Sequence record: OQ790161.1
Direction: 5' to 3' (one strand)
DNA length: 64,000 bases
The notes under the pieces are model-generated. The model saw only the letters and a program-made list of their open reading frames with translations, was not told where the DNA came from and did not search any database. A program made the translations under genes and the position numbers. Shown one piece after another: positions 45,699 through 54,201 of this stretch (the first letter of the stretch is position 1; each line of letters opens with the position of its first letter).

Positions 45699-45821
45699 GG
45701 TTAACTTCTCTATGGGTTTTTTTACATCAAAGGAAGATGATTTGAGAAACTCGGTCCCGCAACTGCCAAACGGCAGTGCCGATCCTCTTCCCATTCAAAA
45801 CGAGCAAAGGAAAGTCAACCC

Positions 45822-46649
45822 ATGTTCCATCCCGAAACCTATCAGGCCAAGCGCAGCTCCCTCAACGAGATCATGCTGCAGCAGCTGGTGACCTTCATGC
45901 GTTCGGTCATGCCGGCCGAAGGCAAGCGCGTCATCGACAACATGTTCGACCAGTACGCTCGTGGTCAGGATGCGCTGAAGTCGGCTGAAGCCGAACGCGT
46001 GCTCGGCCCGGTCGTGAAGGAAGAGGGCGTGGACTACGCTGATCGTGGCCTGATCTTCGAATACATGAAGGCCAACCTGGGCCGCACGTATTTCGACATG
46101 GACGAGAAGACCGCAGCACCGGACGGCTCCATCGGCACCGCCGGCTTCGGCACCAAGTTCAAGGACTGGCTGGCCAGCCTGCCGGACTTCGATGAATCCA
46201 TCAGCCCGGACATGCAGACCGGCTTCTACCGTGACGACAACACCCTGGGCGGCGCCCAGCACGGCAACAAGTCCCTGCCGGTTCTGGTGCTGCGTCATGG
46301 CAGCCAGCTGATCGCCTCGGTCTACAACAACTACCTGTCCCCGGTCGTGCTGCACTTGGACCACATCCCGACCGACTTCCCGTGGCACCTGAAGTCCAAG
46401 AGCGCGCTGCGTTCGGAAATGTACGCCTACCGTGGCGACCTGAAGGTTTCCGAGCTCGAAGAACTGCTGGGCGCTGCACTGGCCACCGCCGGCGTGACCA
46501 ATGCTGTGCAGGCGCCGGTCCTGCCGGAAGTCACCAACGGCCTGTCGCAGGTCAAGAGCGTCGAAGAGCTGGAGCAGGCCGAAACCGTTCAGCTGACCAA
46601 CGATGCCGACGCCATCCTCGCCGGCGCAGACGCACCGGCCGACAACTGA
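45822..46649 (+). CDS. Hypothetical protein, probably highly expressed
   Basis: 275 aa, AAAGGAAAG RBS, strong codon bias, own terminator. Confidence 0.8.
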   Translation: MFHPETYQAKRSSLNEIMLQQLVTFMRSVMPAEGKRVIDNMFDQYARGQDALKSAEAERVLGPVVKEEGVDYADRGLIFEYMKANLGRTYFDMDEKTAAPDGSIGTAGFGTKFKDWLASLPDFDESISPDMQTGFYRDDNTLGGAQHGNKSLPVLVLRHGSQLIASVYNNYLSPVVLHLDHIPTDFPWHLKSKSALRSEMYAYRGDLKVSELEELLGAALATAGVTNAVQAPVLPEVTNGLSQVKSVEELEQAETVQLTNDADAILAGADAPADN

Positions 46650-46657
46650 TCCATCCG

Positions 46658-46690
46658 GTCCCCGCCTTCGGGCGGGGATCTCCCTTAATT
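46658..46690 (+). terminator. Hairpin
   Basis: GTCCCCGCC-TTCG-GGCGGGGAT. Confidence 0.7.
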
Positions 46691-46706
46691 TATCGCCGAG
46701 CAAACC

Positions 46707-48296
46707 ATGAGTTTGAAGAACCATTTCAAGAAGGCACCGAAGATGCGACCACAGCTCAATGTCGGTTCGGTCTTCGATATTCCCAACGGCCGATACTACT
46801 TTGGCAAGCACGGTGAGTCCATCCTCAACGGCGGCGTGGCGTACTTCACCGGCGTGGCCGGTAAGGGCAACACGTTCAAATCCACCCTGATGCACTACAT
46901 GACGCTGGCGATCCTCGATCGTTACGCGAGCTCGGAGTGCAACATCTACGACACCGAGATGTCCCTGACGGCCGAGCGCATGTACCAGCTTGCGCAGCAC
47001 ATGGACTTCATCGCCGGTGTGGATCTTGAAGCAGAAGATCGCATGCTGATCACCGACTCCACCGCCATGATGGGCGAGGAGTGGTTCGATGCTCTGAAGG
47101 ACATGGGCGCAGAGCGCATCTCCAAGGAAAACATCAAGAAGAATACCCTCACCACGCCGTTCATCAACCACGAGCTGGGTGGATTCTTCACCGCCGTGCG
47201 TCCCACGGTTGTGGAGATCGATTCGCTGTCCATGCTGACGACCTCCACGGTCCAGCAGGTCTTCGACAAGAACGAGATCGGCGACAGCGCCACGAATATG
47301 TCGGCCATGAGCGATGCGCGTATCAAGACGCAGATGCTCAACCAGTTCCCGTCCTTCACCGCCGCACACGGCGTGTACATCCTGACCTCGGCCCACGTGG
47401 GCAAGCAGCATGTGCTGGACAAGTACGCTCCGCCGGCCAAGCAGTTGCAGTTCCTCAAGAGCGCCGAGTCGTTCAAGAACGTGCCCGAGAAGTTCTCCTT
47501 CCTGACCAACAACCTGTACTTCGTGCACTCGGCAGAAATCCTGCTGAACGCCGACAAGACCGGTTGCGAGTTCCCGAAGGACAGCGACGACAAGCGCAAG
47601 AACGATACCGACCTCCAGCTGCTGACGGTGCAGAACCTGCGTGCCAAGTCCGGCCCGACTGGTATGCCCATCGAAGTGATCGTGTCCCAGAACGAAGGCG
47701 TCCACATGGGCCTGACCGAGTTCAACATGATCAAGTCGCTGGCCCGCTTCGGTCTGGAAGGCAACCTCCAGAACTACCAGCTCGTACTGTGCCCCGGTGT
47801 GGCACTGTCGCGTACCACGGTGCGTGGCAAGCTGGACTCCAACCCCAAGCTGCGTCGGGCCATGGAGATCACGGCCGAGTTGGGCTACATGTACAACTTC
47901 GGCTACCGGACCGAGAACACCGCCACGCGTGCACCCAACATCAACGAAGAAGAACACTTCGATCGGGATCTGGTCTGCACGGCCAAGGAACTTTACGACG
48001 ATCTGGTTGCGAAAGGATATGACTGGGACGTGCTGCTGAACACTCGCGGCTACTGGGTCTTCGAAGAAGACGCCAAGGATCGTCCTCCGTTCCTGAGCAC
48101 CATGGATCTGATGCGCATGCGCGCCGGCCTCTACCACCCGTACTGGATGGAAAAGCCGTCGCCGACCATCACGGTTGTAAGCGAGCACACCAAGGACTCC
48201 GGGCCTGTCAAGACGAAGGCGACTGACGCCGACGTCAAGAAGAAGGTGAAGGAAATCACCGACTCCCTCAAGACCGCAGGTGCGGTCGAAGCGTAA
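46707..48296 (+). CDS. uvsX: UvsX/RecA-like recombinase (phiKZ gp152-like)
   Basis: RPQLNVG..FDIPNG, P-loop variant GVAGKGNTFKST, YDTE and Walker B VEIDSLS. Confidence 0.85.
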   Translation: MSLKNHFKKAPKMRPQLNVGSVFDIPNGRYYFGKHGESILNGGVAYFTGVAGKGNTFKSTLMHYMTLAILDRYASSECNIYDTEMSLTAERMYQLAQHMDFIAGVDLEAEDRMLITDSTAMMGEEWFDALKDMGAERISKENIKKNTLTTPFINHELGGFFTAVRPTVVEIDSLSMLTTSTVQQVFDKNEIGDSATNMSAMSDARIKTQMLNQFPSFTAAHGVYILTSAHVGKQHVLDKYAPPAKQLQFLKSAESFKNVPEKFSFLTNNLYFVHSAEILLNADKTGCEFPKDSDDKRKNDTDLQLLTVQNLRAKSGPTGMPIEVIVSQNEGVHMGLTEFNMIKSLARFGLEGNLQNYQLVLCPGVALSRTTVRGKLDSNPKLRRAMEITAELGYMYNFGYRTENTATRAPNINEEEHFDRDLVCTAKELYDDLVAKGYDWDVLLNTRGYWVFEEDAKDRPPFLSTMDLMRMRAGLYHPYWMEKPSPTITVVSEHTKDSGPVKTKATDADVKKKVKEITDSLKTAGAVEA

Positions 48297-48323
48297 GCCA
48301 TCCTCTGCGATGGCATGTTAAAA

Positions 48324-48347
48324 GAGCCCCGGTCATCTCCGGGGCTC
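48324..48347 (+). terminator. Hairpin after uvsX
   Basis: GAGCCCCGG-TCATCT-CCGGGGCTC; no U-tract. Confidence 0.55.
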
Positions 48348-48365
48348 CACCTCTGAGATGTCATC

Positions 48366-48722
48366 ATGAAACCCCAACTGTTTCCCTCGACCAACCCTGT
48401 CACGGTGGGGGTCTACGCTGTGCTGGCTGGCATGGATGTCAGCTGTGCTTGGCGTTTCGTGCAGTCCTACTGTGAACCTGATAGCTACAACATCAATGAC
48501 CACATTCGTGAGGTCAACAAGTACTGGCGTGAACAACTGGCCAACGTCCGCATGGTCGATACCATGGACGCGCGCTCCAACCTGATCGACCAGGTGGAGT
48601 TGCAGGACTGGATGAGGTTGTTCAGCCGCTTTGTTGCCCCGATCGTGGTTTCCTTGGATCTGCCGCAGGAATTGCCGCAGTCCACGGGCTTCATTCCGGT
48701 CTTCGGTCTGGCCCCAGCATAA
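48366..48722 (+). CDS. Hypothetical protein
   Basis: 118 aa ORF between two hairpins. Confidence 0.7.
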   Translation: MKPQLFPSTNPVTVGVYAVLAGMDVSCAWRFVQSYCEPDSYNINDHIREVNKYWREQLANVRMVDTMDARSNLIDQVELQDWMRLFSRFVAPIVVSLDLPQELPQSTGFIPVFGLAPA

Positions 48723-48774
48723 GACACACAAGCCTCCCTCTGACTTTGCACGGGTCAGAGGGAGGATCTTGTGT
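48716..48774 (+). terminator. Long hairpin upstream of the RNAP subunit gene
   Basis: CCTCCCTCTGAC-9 nt-GTCAGAGGGAGG, extended by ACACAAG/CTTGTGT. Confidence 0.65.
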
Positions 48775-48795
48775 ACGTCATTTGGAATTATGCAC

Positions 48796-49461
48796 ATGAG
48801 CGCTCGTAAAGCGGCTACGGCCGAATGCCTGAAGTGGATCGAAAAGATGGTCCCCGGTGGGCAGGCAGTGAAAGACATGGAAGCCGTTTTGAACGCGCTC
48901 AGTGATGAGCAGTTCGACGCTTACATTGATGCCTTGGATAAGGATGAGGAGATTCTCTCCATCGCCATCCCCAACCTGGGCACGGACAAGCTGGAAATGG
49001 AGCGCCTGTTGGCGCTGGGTCCGGAGTTGGACCATGAGTTCTTCGAACAGCTCTGGCTGACCGACTCCAAGACCGGTGTGACTTATCTCACCCCGGAGAA
49101 GTACCTGATCTTGCTGCTGCCGCTGCGTCGTCAGCAACAGATGCTCTCCAAGAAGATCTCCATTCCCGACAACAACAACCACGTCGATGAACTCACCGGT
49201 CAGGTGACCGGCGCCTCCAAGGGCGCAAGCCTGTCGGGTCCGGAAATCCAGATCCTGCGCTCGCAGGGCTTGGACCGTCCGATCCTGGAGGCCATCAAGG
49301 TCCGCGGTGGCGATGAGAAGGCGTACCGCCAGATCACCCGCGAGATCATCGAAACCGGTGGTGCCAACATCGACAGTGCACTGGCCGCAGGTACGCGTGT
49401 CAAGGGGACCCAGACCTTGAGCGATCTGTTGCTGGGCATGCACCTGAAGAACAACCTGTAA
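48796..49461 (+). CDS. Virion RNA polymerase beta subunit, C-terminal fragment (phiKZ gp149-like)
   Basis: DELTGQVTGASKGASLSGPE..IL...G....LE.IKVRGGD..AY..I..TG aligns by eye with the bacterial RpoB C-terminal region (TQQPxGGKAQ..GEME..L.A.GA...LQE..TVKSDD). Confidence 0.8.
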   Translation: MSARKAATAECLKWIEKMVPGGQAVKDMEAVLNALSDEQFDAYIDALDKDEEILSIAIPNLGTDKLEMERLLALGPELDHEFFEQLWLTDSKTGVTYLTPEKYLILLLPLRRQQQMLSKKISIPDNNNHVDELTGQVTGASKGASLSGPEIQILRSQGLDRPILEAIKVRGGDEKAYRQITREIIETGGANIDSALAAGTRVKGTQTLSDLLLGMHLKNNL

Positions 49462-49470
49462 GGGGACTCC

Positions 49471-50025
49471 ATGTCCAATGCAATGATTGATGCCAGCGGT
49501 GGAATTGCTGCCCTGCTGGATGGAATGAACAACGAGCTGAACGATCGAATGGCCATGCTGGCAATGGACCCGGCCATTGCCCAAGCCGTGGAGAACTACT
49601 TGGTCAGTGGGTTGCAGACGATTCGCTTCCCCATGATCAACGATGAGATCGTGCTGGGTGACATCTGGTCGGTCATCCGTGGTCAGGAAGCGTTGGTGGA
49701 TCTGGTTGTGGATCTGACCAACAGCCTGCACTTCCAAGCCAGCCTCACCTTCCCCGGTGGCTGGGCCAAGCTGCAAGAGTTGGTCGTGGCCGGTCTGACG
49801 TGTTTCAACAACGCACCGCAAGGCGACCTGACCAGTGTCTGGCACAACAGTGAGGAGATGGGCTATTTCGCCACCGCTGATCAGTTGACGCCGCTGGTGA
49901 GGACCAATCCCTGGTTGATCACGCTGTATCTGCTGCGCCGGACTGTCTTTGTACGGGAACTGCTGCGTGCAAGCGTTGTCAGGGCCGCACAGGCGCGTCA
50001 GAACGCGCGTACGGGAGGTACGTAA
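49471..50025 (+). CDS. Hypothetical protein
   Basis: 184 aa, GGGG RBS, in operon with the RNAP subunit gene. Confidence 0.75.
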   Translation: MSNAMIDASGGIAALLDGMNNELNDRMAMLAMDPAIAQAVENYLVSGLQTIRFPMINDEIVLGDIWSVIRGQEALVDLVVDLTNSLHFQASLTFPGGWAKLQELVVAGLTCFNNAPQGDLTSVWHNSEEMGYFATADQLTPLVRTNPWLITLYLLRRTVFVRELLRASVVRAAQARQNARTGGT

Positions 50026-50028
50026 GCC

Positions 50029-50865
50029 ATGAGCAACGATCGTGGTTCACGCGTCAAGGATCACCGTCCAGAGTCGGTGGTGTACGTCGAGCTCGATGCG
50101 TACCTGGACACCCGTCTGGCGGCGCTGGGAGCAATCTCACCCAAGGCAGCCACCGACTGCTCTCAGGACCCGGCCTATTTTGATCGGGTGATCGATGACT
50201 TCGAATCGATCTGTGGCGTCACGCGCGAGGCGTTCCGCAATGCGTACTCGCTACGCGACGAAGAGTTCCTGCGCGCATCGGTCATCACCGAGATTCCGTT
50301 CATCTTGGATGATCTGGTGCGCAAGCTGGAAGCGGAGACCGTCGATACCCCGTTCCTGTCACGGGTGATCGTGGAAGTCAACACGTATCCGTACAAGCTG
50401 GACAAGGAAACCCTCAATGCCCTGAGCCTGGCTGTGATGTCCCGTGCGGGCATCGAGACGGAGGTGCGGTGTGTGTCCATCCCGCTGGAGCGATTGACGC
50501 CTACGTTCTGTAAGGAGCGTTACGGCGGCCTGATCCTGTACAACTTCCATGACTGGATGAAGCATCACCTGACGGCCTTTGAAAAGGTCAAGATGCCCAC
50601 GGTCACGGTGATGGCACCGGCACTGTACCGCGACACCGTTCCTTCTGAAGATGCCTTCTCGGGTGAGGGCATCTCCAAGCACATCACCGGCTTCCAGTTG
50701 TCTGAAGTGGGGTGCGTGGAACTGTTCTCGCTGTCGCTGCTGCCGGCGGCCAATTTTTCCATGGTGCGCGTGCCGGGCCATTACAAGCCCAAGCCGGCTC
50801 CGGTGGTTCCCAAGGAAGAAATGCCCGTTCCCACACCGGGTCACCAAGAGTTCAAGATCCTGTAA
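50029..50865 (+). CDS. Conserved phiKZ-like hypothetical protein (possible degenerate HAD fold)
   Basis: 278 aa; VYVELDAYLDTRL N-terminal motif. Confidence 0.65.
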   Translation: MSNDRGSRVKDHRPESVVYVELDAYLDTRLAALGAISPKAATDCSQDPAYFDRVIDDFESICGVTREAFRNAYSLRDEEFLRASVITEIPFILDDLVRKLEAETVDTPFLSRVIVEVNTYPYKLDKETLNALSLAVMSRAGIETEVRCVSIPLERLTPTFCKERYGGLILYNFHDWMKHHLTAFEKVKMPTVTVMAPALYRDTVPSEDAFSGEGISKHITGFQLSEVGCVELFSLSLLPAANFSMVRVPGHYKPKPAPVVPKEEMPVPTPGHQEFKIL

Positions 50866-50868
50866 GAA

Positions 50869-50905
50869 CGGCATAGACCCCCGCCCGTTGGGGCGGGGGC
50901 TTATG
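50869..50905. terminator. Bidirectional hairpin with CGGCATAG / CTTATG flanks
   Basis: CCCCCGCCC-GTTG-GGGCGGGGG. Confidence 0.8.
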
Positions 50906-50909
50906 GACA

Positions 50910-51419
50910 TTACTCGCCTTGACCGTTGCGTTCCATCAGCTCGTCGAAGGTGGTGGAATCCACACCGACCTGCATTTCGTCGGGTACGGTATCCACCGGC
51001 GGCAGATCGGCAGCATCGGAGATCGAGGGACGCTCGCGGGTTGCCTGGCCTGCAATCGGATCCACGCGCATGGCGCTGGTACCCAGCTGCTGGATGACGC
51101 GCTGAACCGTTTCGGCAGCCAGCTTGTCCACCGCAGAGATCTTCTCTTTGACGCCGGTGAGCTTGTTCTTGGCAGCGGCTGCTTCCAATTCCTTCAGGTT
51201 GGATTGAAAGACCTTACGATCTTCCGGATCCACCGGCATCTCACCGCCGTTGTTGTTCAGATCGATCGCAATCTGGCGCAACCGGATGCGACGGGCCAGA
51301 TCCAAGGTCTGGTCATCGGTCAACAGCGGCACCTGATCCAGACGCGGCGACGTCGGTTGCAGGATCTGATCAAAACCGTTGGGGCCGTCAGTCGCCAACG
51401 GCAGTTTTTCGTCGCTCAT
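50910..51419 (-). CDS. Hypothetical protein
   Basis: 169 aa, AGGAG RBS. Confidence 0.75.
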   Translation of the reverse strand: MSDEKLPLATDGPNGFDQILQPTSPRLDQVPLLTDDQTLDLARRIRLRQIAIDLNNNGGEMPVDPEDRKVFQSNLKELEAAAAKNKLTGVKEKISAVDKLAAETVQRVIQQLGTSAMRVDPIAGQATRERPSISDAADLPPVDTVPDEMQVGVDSTTFDELMERNGQGE

Positions 51420-51433
51420 GGCAACTCCTATCT

Positions 51434-51503
51434 AAAAATTATGTAGGCCTATATTATTCAGGGGAGCAGCCTTTAGTAAACGCAAGCGCCTATTAAAAAT
51501 TAC
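51434..51503 (+). promoter_or_regulatory. AT-rich divergent promoter region with phiKZ early/middle-like motifs
   Basis: AAAAATTAC (51495-51503) fits the reported middle motif AAanntTAC; TATATTAT (51450-51457) is one mismatch from the early motif TATATTAC; AAAAATTAT at 51434. Confidence 0.5.
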
Positions 51504-51532
51504 TGATCGCCCTTAACATAGAAGAGCCCTCA

Positions 51533-52078
51533 ATGTCTGTACTTACTTACCTTCGTGGGGTCTATGCACGCTACTTCGCCCAAAAGAAGGTGAAGACGTG
51601 GGAAACTGACCTCCAGGAATTCCTCACCCACCACCCAGACACCTTCAACATCGAAGGTATCGAACTGATCTGTTCCTACACCGATCAGCTGAACCTGCGT
51701 GCCTTCTCGCTGGCTGAGCGACGCACGTTGAAGGTCTATGGGTTCACCTCCACCTTCGAAGAGTTGCAAACGCTTTTGCGCACCGCAAGATCGGTCGTTC
51801 AAGCGCAAGATAATGTGCCCAAAAATTTCAACCTGAGCGAAGATCGTCTGGCGCATCGGCGCTTTGAGGATTACTTCCAGACAGGTCAAGGGCACGCCGT
51901 TTCGATTGAGCTGGCCTACGGTTCCTACCGGACCTTGGTGACTCGATTGATTTCCGTTCTGCGTGAGTTGGAAGCAGTCAACGGTAACCGCCGTGCGTAT
52001 TACGATCGCAAGTTCCGTCCGCTCTACCGCGAAACGTTCTACGTACTGCAAGCGCTGTATCTGTCCAGCAAACGCTGA
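51533..52078 (+). CDS. Hypothetical protein
   Basis: 181 aa ORF downstream of the AT-rich region. Confidence 0.7.
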   Translation: MSVLTYLRGVYARYFAQKKVKTWETDLQEFLTHHPDTFNIEGIELICSYTDQLNLRAFSLAERRTLKVYGFTSTFEELQTLLRTARSVVQAQDNVPKNFNLSEDRLAHRRFEDYFQTGQGHAVSIELAYGSYRTLVTRLISVLRELEAVNGNRRAYYDRKFRPLYRETFYVLQALYLSSKR

Positions 52079-52123
52079 CATCCAATTGCCCGGTCCGCCA
52101 CCGGGTTACAAAGAGAGGCTACA

Positions 52124-52666
52124 ATGTCCTACTACGACGACCAGGACCTGCTGAACACAGATGACAAACGCGTCGGTGAAGCGCGTGGTGTTCTGTCGGT
52201 ACTGTTTCGACAACTCCTTGTGGTATTGAACATCGACGGCTGGATGTGGGATAAGTTGATGAGGCGCTATCTCCTCGACCCCCGCAATGGCATCCAGAAC
52301 AACTCCCGTGACCGGTCTTCGGCTCGCGGTAACCTCAACAAGGAACTCAAGCGCGACGACATGACGTGGCGTGTGTTCTTGAAGTCGCTGAACTTTCTTG
52401 ACTTTGTCCGGGTGGAGTTCTCCATCAAGGCAACGGTCAAGAGCGGGAAGTCCTACACGGTCACTGCGAAGCTGAAAGATCGCGGTCCCATCGTGCAGCA
52501 GGAACTCTTCGAGCAGGAAGACGAAGACGACCGTGACAACGGCACCGGCAATGATCCCATTGACGAGGTCGATGATCTGATGACCTCAACTCACCAGCCG
52601 ATTCGTCAACAGCAGCCCTTCTCTGCTGACGACGTCCTCAAGGCTATCAACAGCAGGCACTCGTAA
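52124..52666 (+). CDS. Conserved phiKZ-like hypothetical protein
   Basis: 180 aa, GAGAGG RBS; GVL..LFR...RSSARGNLNKEL...MTW.VF motif; acidic tail. Confidence 0.7.
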   Translation: MSYYDDQDLLNTDDKRVGEARGVLSVLFRQLLVVLNIDGWMWDKLMRRYLLDPRNGIQNNSRDRSSARGNLNKELKRDDMTWRVFLKSLNFLDFVRVEFSIKATVKSGKSYTVTAKLKDRGPIVQQELFEQEDEDDRDNGTGNDPIDEVDDLMTSTHQPIRQQQPFSADDVLKAINSRHS

Positions 52667-53391
52667 TGTCCAAAAAGAAAAACGCCCGCCTCGACTACGA
52701 CCGTGACTCCGACGGCGTGGACTACATTGCCATCTCCAGCAAAGCCCGCACCCGTCTGGGTCGGGCCTTGGCGACCGGTGGCCATCTGCCGTTCGAGCAC
52801 CGTGACTACGGTCACTTCAACTCGGTGGCAGGGCTGATCCGCTTCCTCGGAGGCGACCATCGCGAAATCAATCGCGAGATCAGTGGCGTGGAGTACGACG
52901 ATGCGATTACCGATCGTCTGGGCGACCAGTACGAAGAGGTCCTGCAAGATCACCTCCGGCAGGCACTCCATTCGCTGGCTTTCCTGAAGGCTGACATTCA
53001 GATGGCCGCGCATAACCAGCTGGACTTCATTGTCTTCCACAATGTGGATGATGATTGGGTTCAGCTGGAAAAGCCGCTGTGGTTAGCGGAGCTGATCCAG
53101 GATCTGCTCAAGTCGGTTCCCGTCCAAGGCTCCGGCCCGAAGACGTTGGATTGGGACCCGGCCGAGATCCAGGCCCCTGTTGTCCAAACGCCGCAGCGGA
53201 CCCTGCTGGAACTGCAGGCGGCGTGGTTGGAAGCCAAAGCTGGCACCAATGAAATGATTGACTTCCTGGTGTCTCAGGAAGAGTACGACAGCATCCCCGA
53301 ACATGTCCGCACCATGATGGGCGAAACGCTGAAATTGCAACGGGCTATCGACGGTACCGCCGTACCTGCGCCGCCGAAGAAGATAATGTGA
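52666..53391 (+). CDS. Degenerate paralog of the downstream NADAR-like protein
   Basis: DGVDYIAISSKARTRLGRAL...HLPFEHRDYGHFNSVAG aligns with DGIDHINIYSHARTALGQLA...HLPLRHPRYGFFASMEA. Confidence 0.65.
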   Translation: MSKKKNARLDYDRDSDGVDYIAISSKARTRLGRALATGGHLPFEHRDYGHFNSVAGLIRFLGGDHREINREISGVEYDDAITDRLGDQYEEVLQDHLRQALHSLAFLKADIQMAAHNQLDFIVFHNVDDDWVQLEKPLWLAELIQDLLKSVPVQGSGPKTLDWDPAEIQAPVVQTPQRTLLELQAAWLEAKAGTNEMIDFLVSQEEYDSIPEHVRTMMGETLKLQRAIDGTAVPAPPKKIM

Positions 53392-53477
53392 GGACAACAA
53401 CAGTTGTCTTGACGTTCCTCTTCTAGGCGACATTGAGCGCCAGATCCAACTGGCGCTTTCCCGCCAAAGTGAATCCC

Positions 53478-54104
53478 ATGTCCACCACCATCGAACCCCT
53501 GTCGCCTGATGCCCGGCCCGTTCCGGAAAACGACGGCATTGACCACATCAACATCTACTCCCACGCCCGTACGGCGTTGGGTCAACTGGCCACCAACTTC
53601 GCACATCTACCCTTGCGTCATCCGCGTTACGGCTTCTTCGCATCCATGGAGGCCTACTGGTACTGGATCAAGACCGGCAAGCAGCACGACTCCCTGCGTC
53701 GCCTGTACGGGGCCACGGCCAAGACTGCTGGCATTCGTCTCAATCCGGTGATGATGCCCGAAGAGCAGTTCGTCAACGAAATCTGCGACGGCCTGAAACT
53801 CAAGGTCGTGCAGAACCAGAAGTTGATGGAGGCGTTGAAGAAGTCGACCCTGCCCATTCGACACTACTACGTCTACGGCACCAACCCTCCGGTTGTCAAG
53901 GAGCCGCGCAACAACCTGTGGCTCTGGACCTGCCTGGAGAGCATCCGCAAGTCGCTCAAGGAGAACCGTCCGCTCTTCTTGACCGACGGTACGCCGGTCA
54001 TTGCTGATCCGATCAAGGAACCGCCGGAGAATCCGATCCCGGAAGACATCCAGCGCTACATTCCTCGTGAAGGCAGCGACGACGTCAACAACGCCGACTA
54101 CTGA
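53478..54104 (+). CDS. NADAR-like (T4 gp30.3-like) protein
   Basis: Start ATG 53478, 208 aa. LATNFAHLP...FASMEAYW..IK...LYGATAK.AG...QNQKLMEALKKS..PIRHYY resembles the NADAR pattern LSNF...F.S.E....K....G..A...G...QN.....L..; family assignment from memory. Confidence 0.55.
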   Translation: MSTTIEPLSPDARPVPENDGIDHINIYSHARTALGQLATNFAHLPLRHPRYGFFASMEAYWYWIKTGKQHDSLRRLYGATAKTAGIRLNPVMMPEEQFVNEICDGLKLKVVQNQKLMEALKKSTLPIRHYYVYGTNPPVVKEPRNNLWLWTCLESIRKSLKENRPLFLTDGTPVIADPIKEPPENPIPEDIQRYIPREGSDDVNNADY

Positions 54105-54152
54105 CCATAAGACCCCCTGCCTTCGGGCAGGGGGCTTGTGCCGTTTCTTTTT
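54105..54152 (+). terminator. Intrinsic terminator with CCATAAG / CTTGTGCCG flanks
   Basis: CCCCCTGCC-TTCG-GGCAGGGGG-CTTGTGCCG-TTTCTTTTT. Confidence 0.85.
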
Positions 54153-54201
54153 GTCTCTTCAGCCCAGCGCAAAGGTATGATGACTCTTAAGGTGGAACGC
54201 C

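Noticed and set aside
45822-45910. Third member of the 36431/37869 paralog family (EIMLQQ versus EIVLEQRL)
   Set aside because: Similarity is limited to a few residues and the WSEIER motif is absent.
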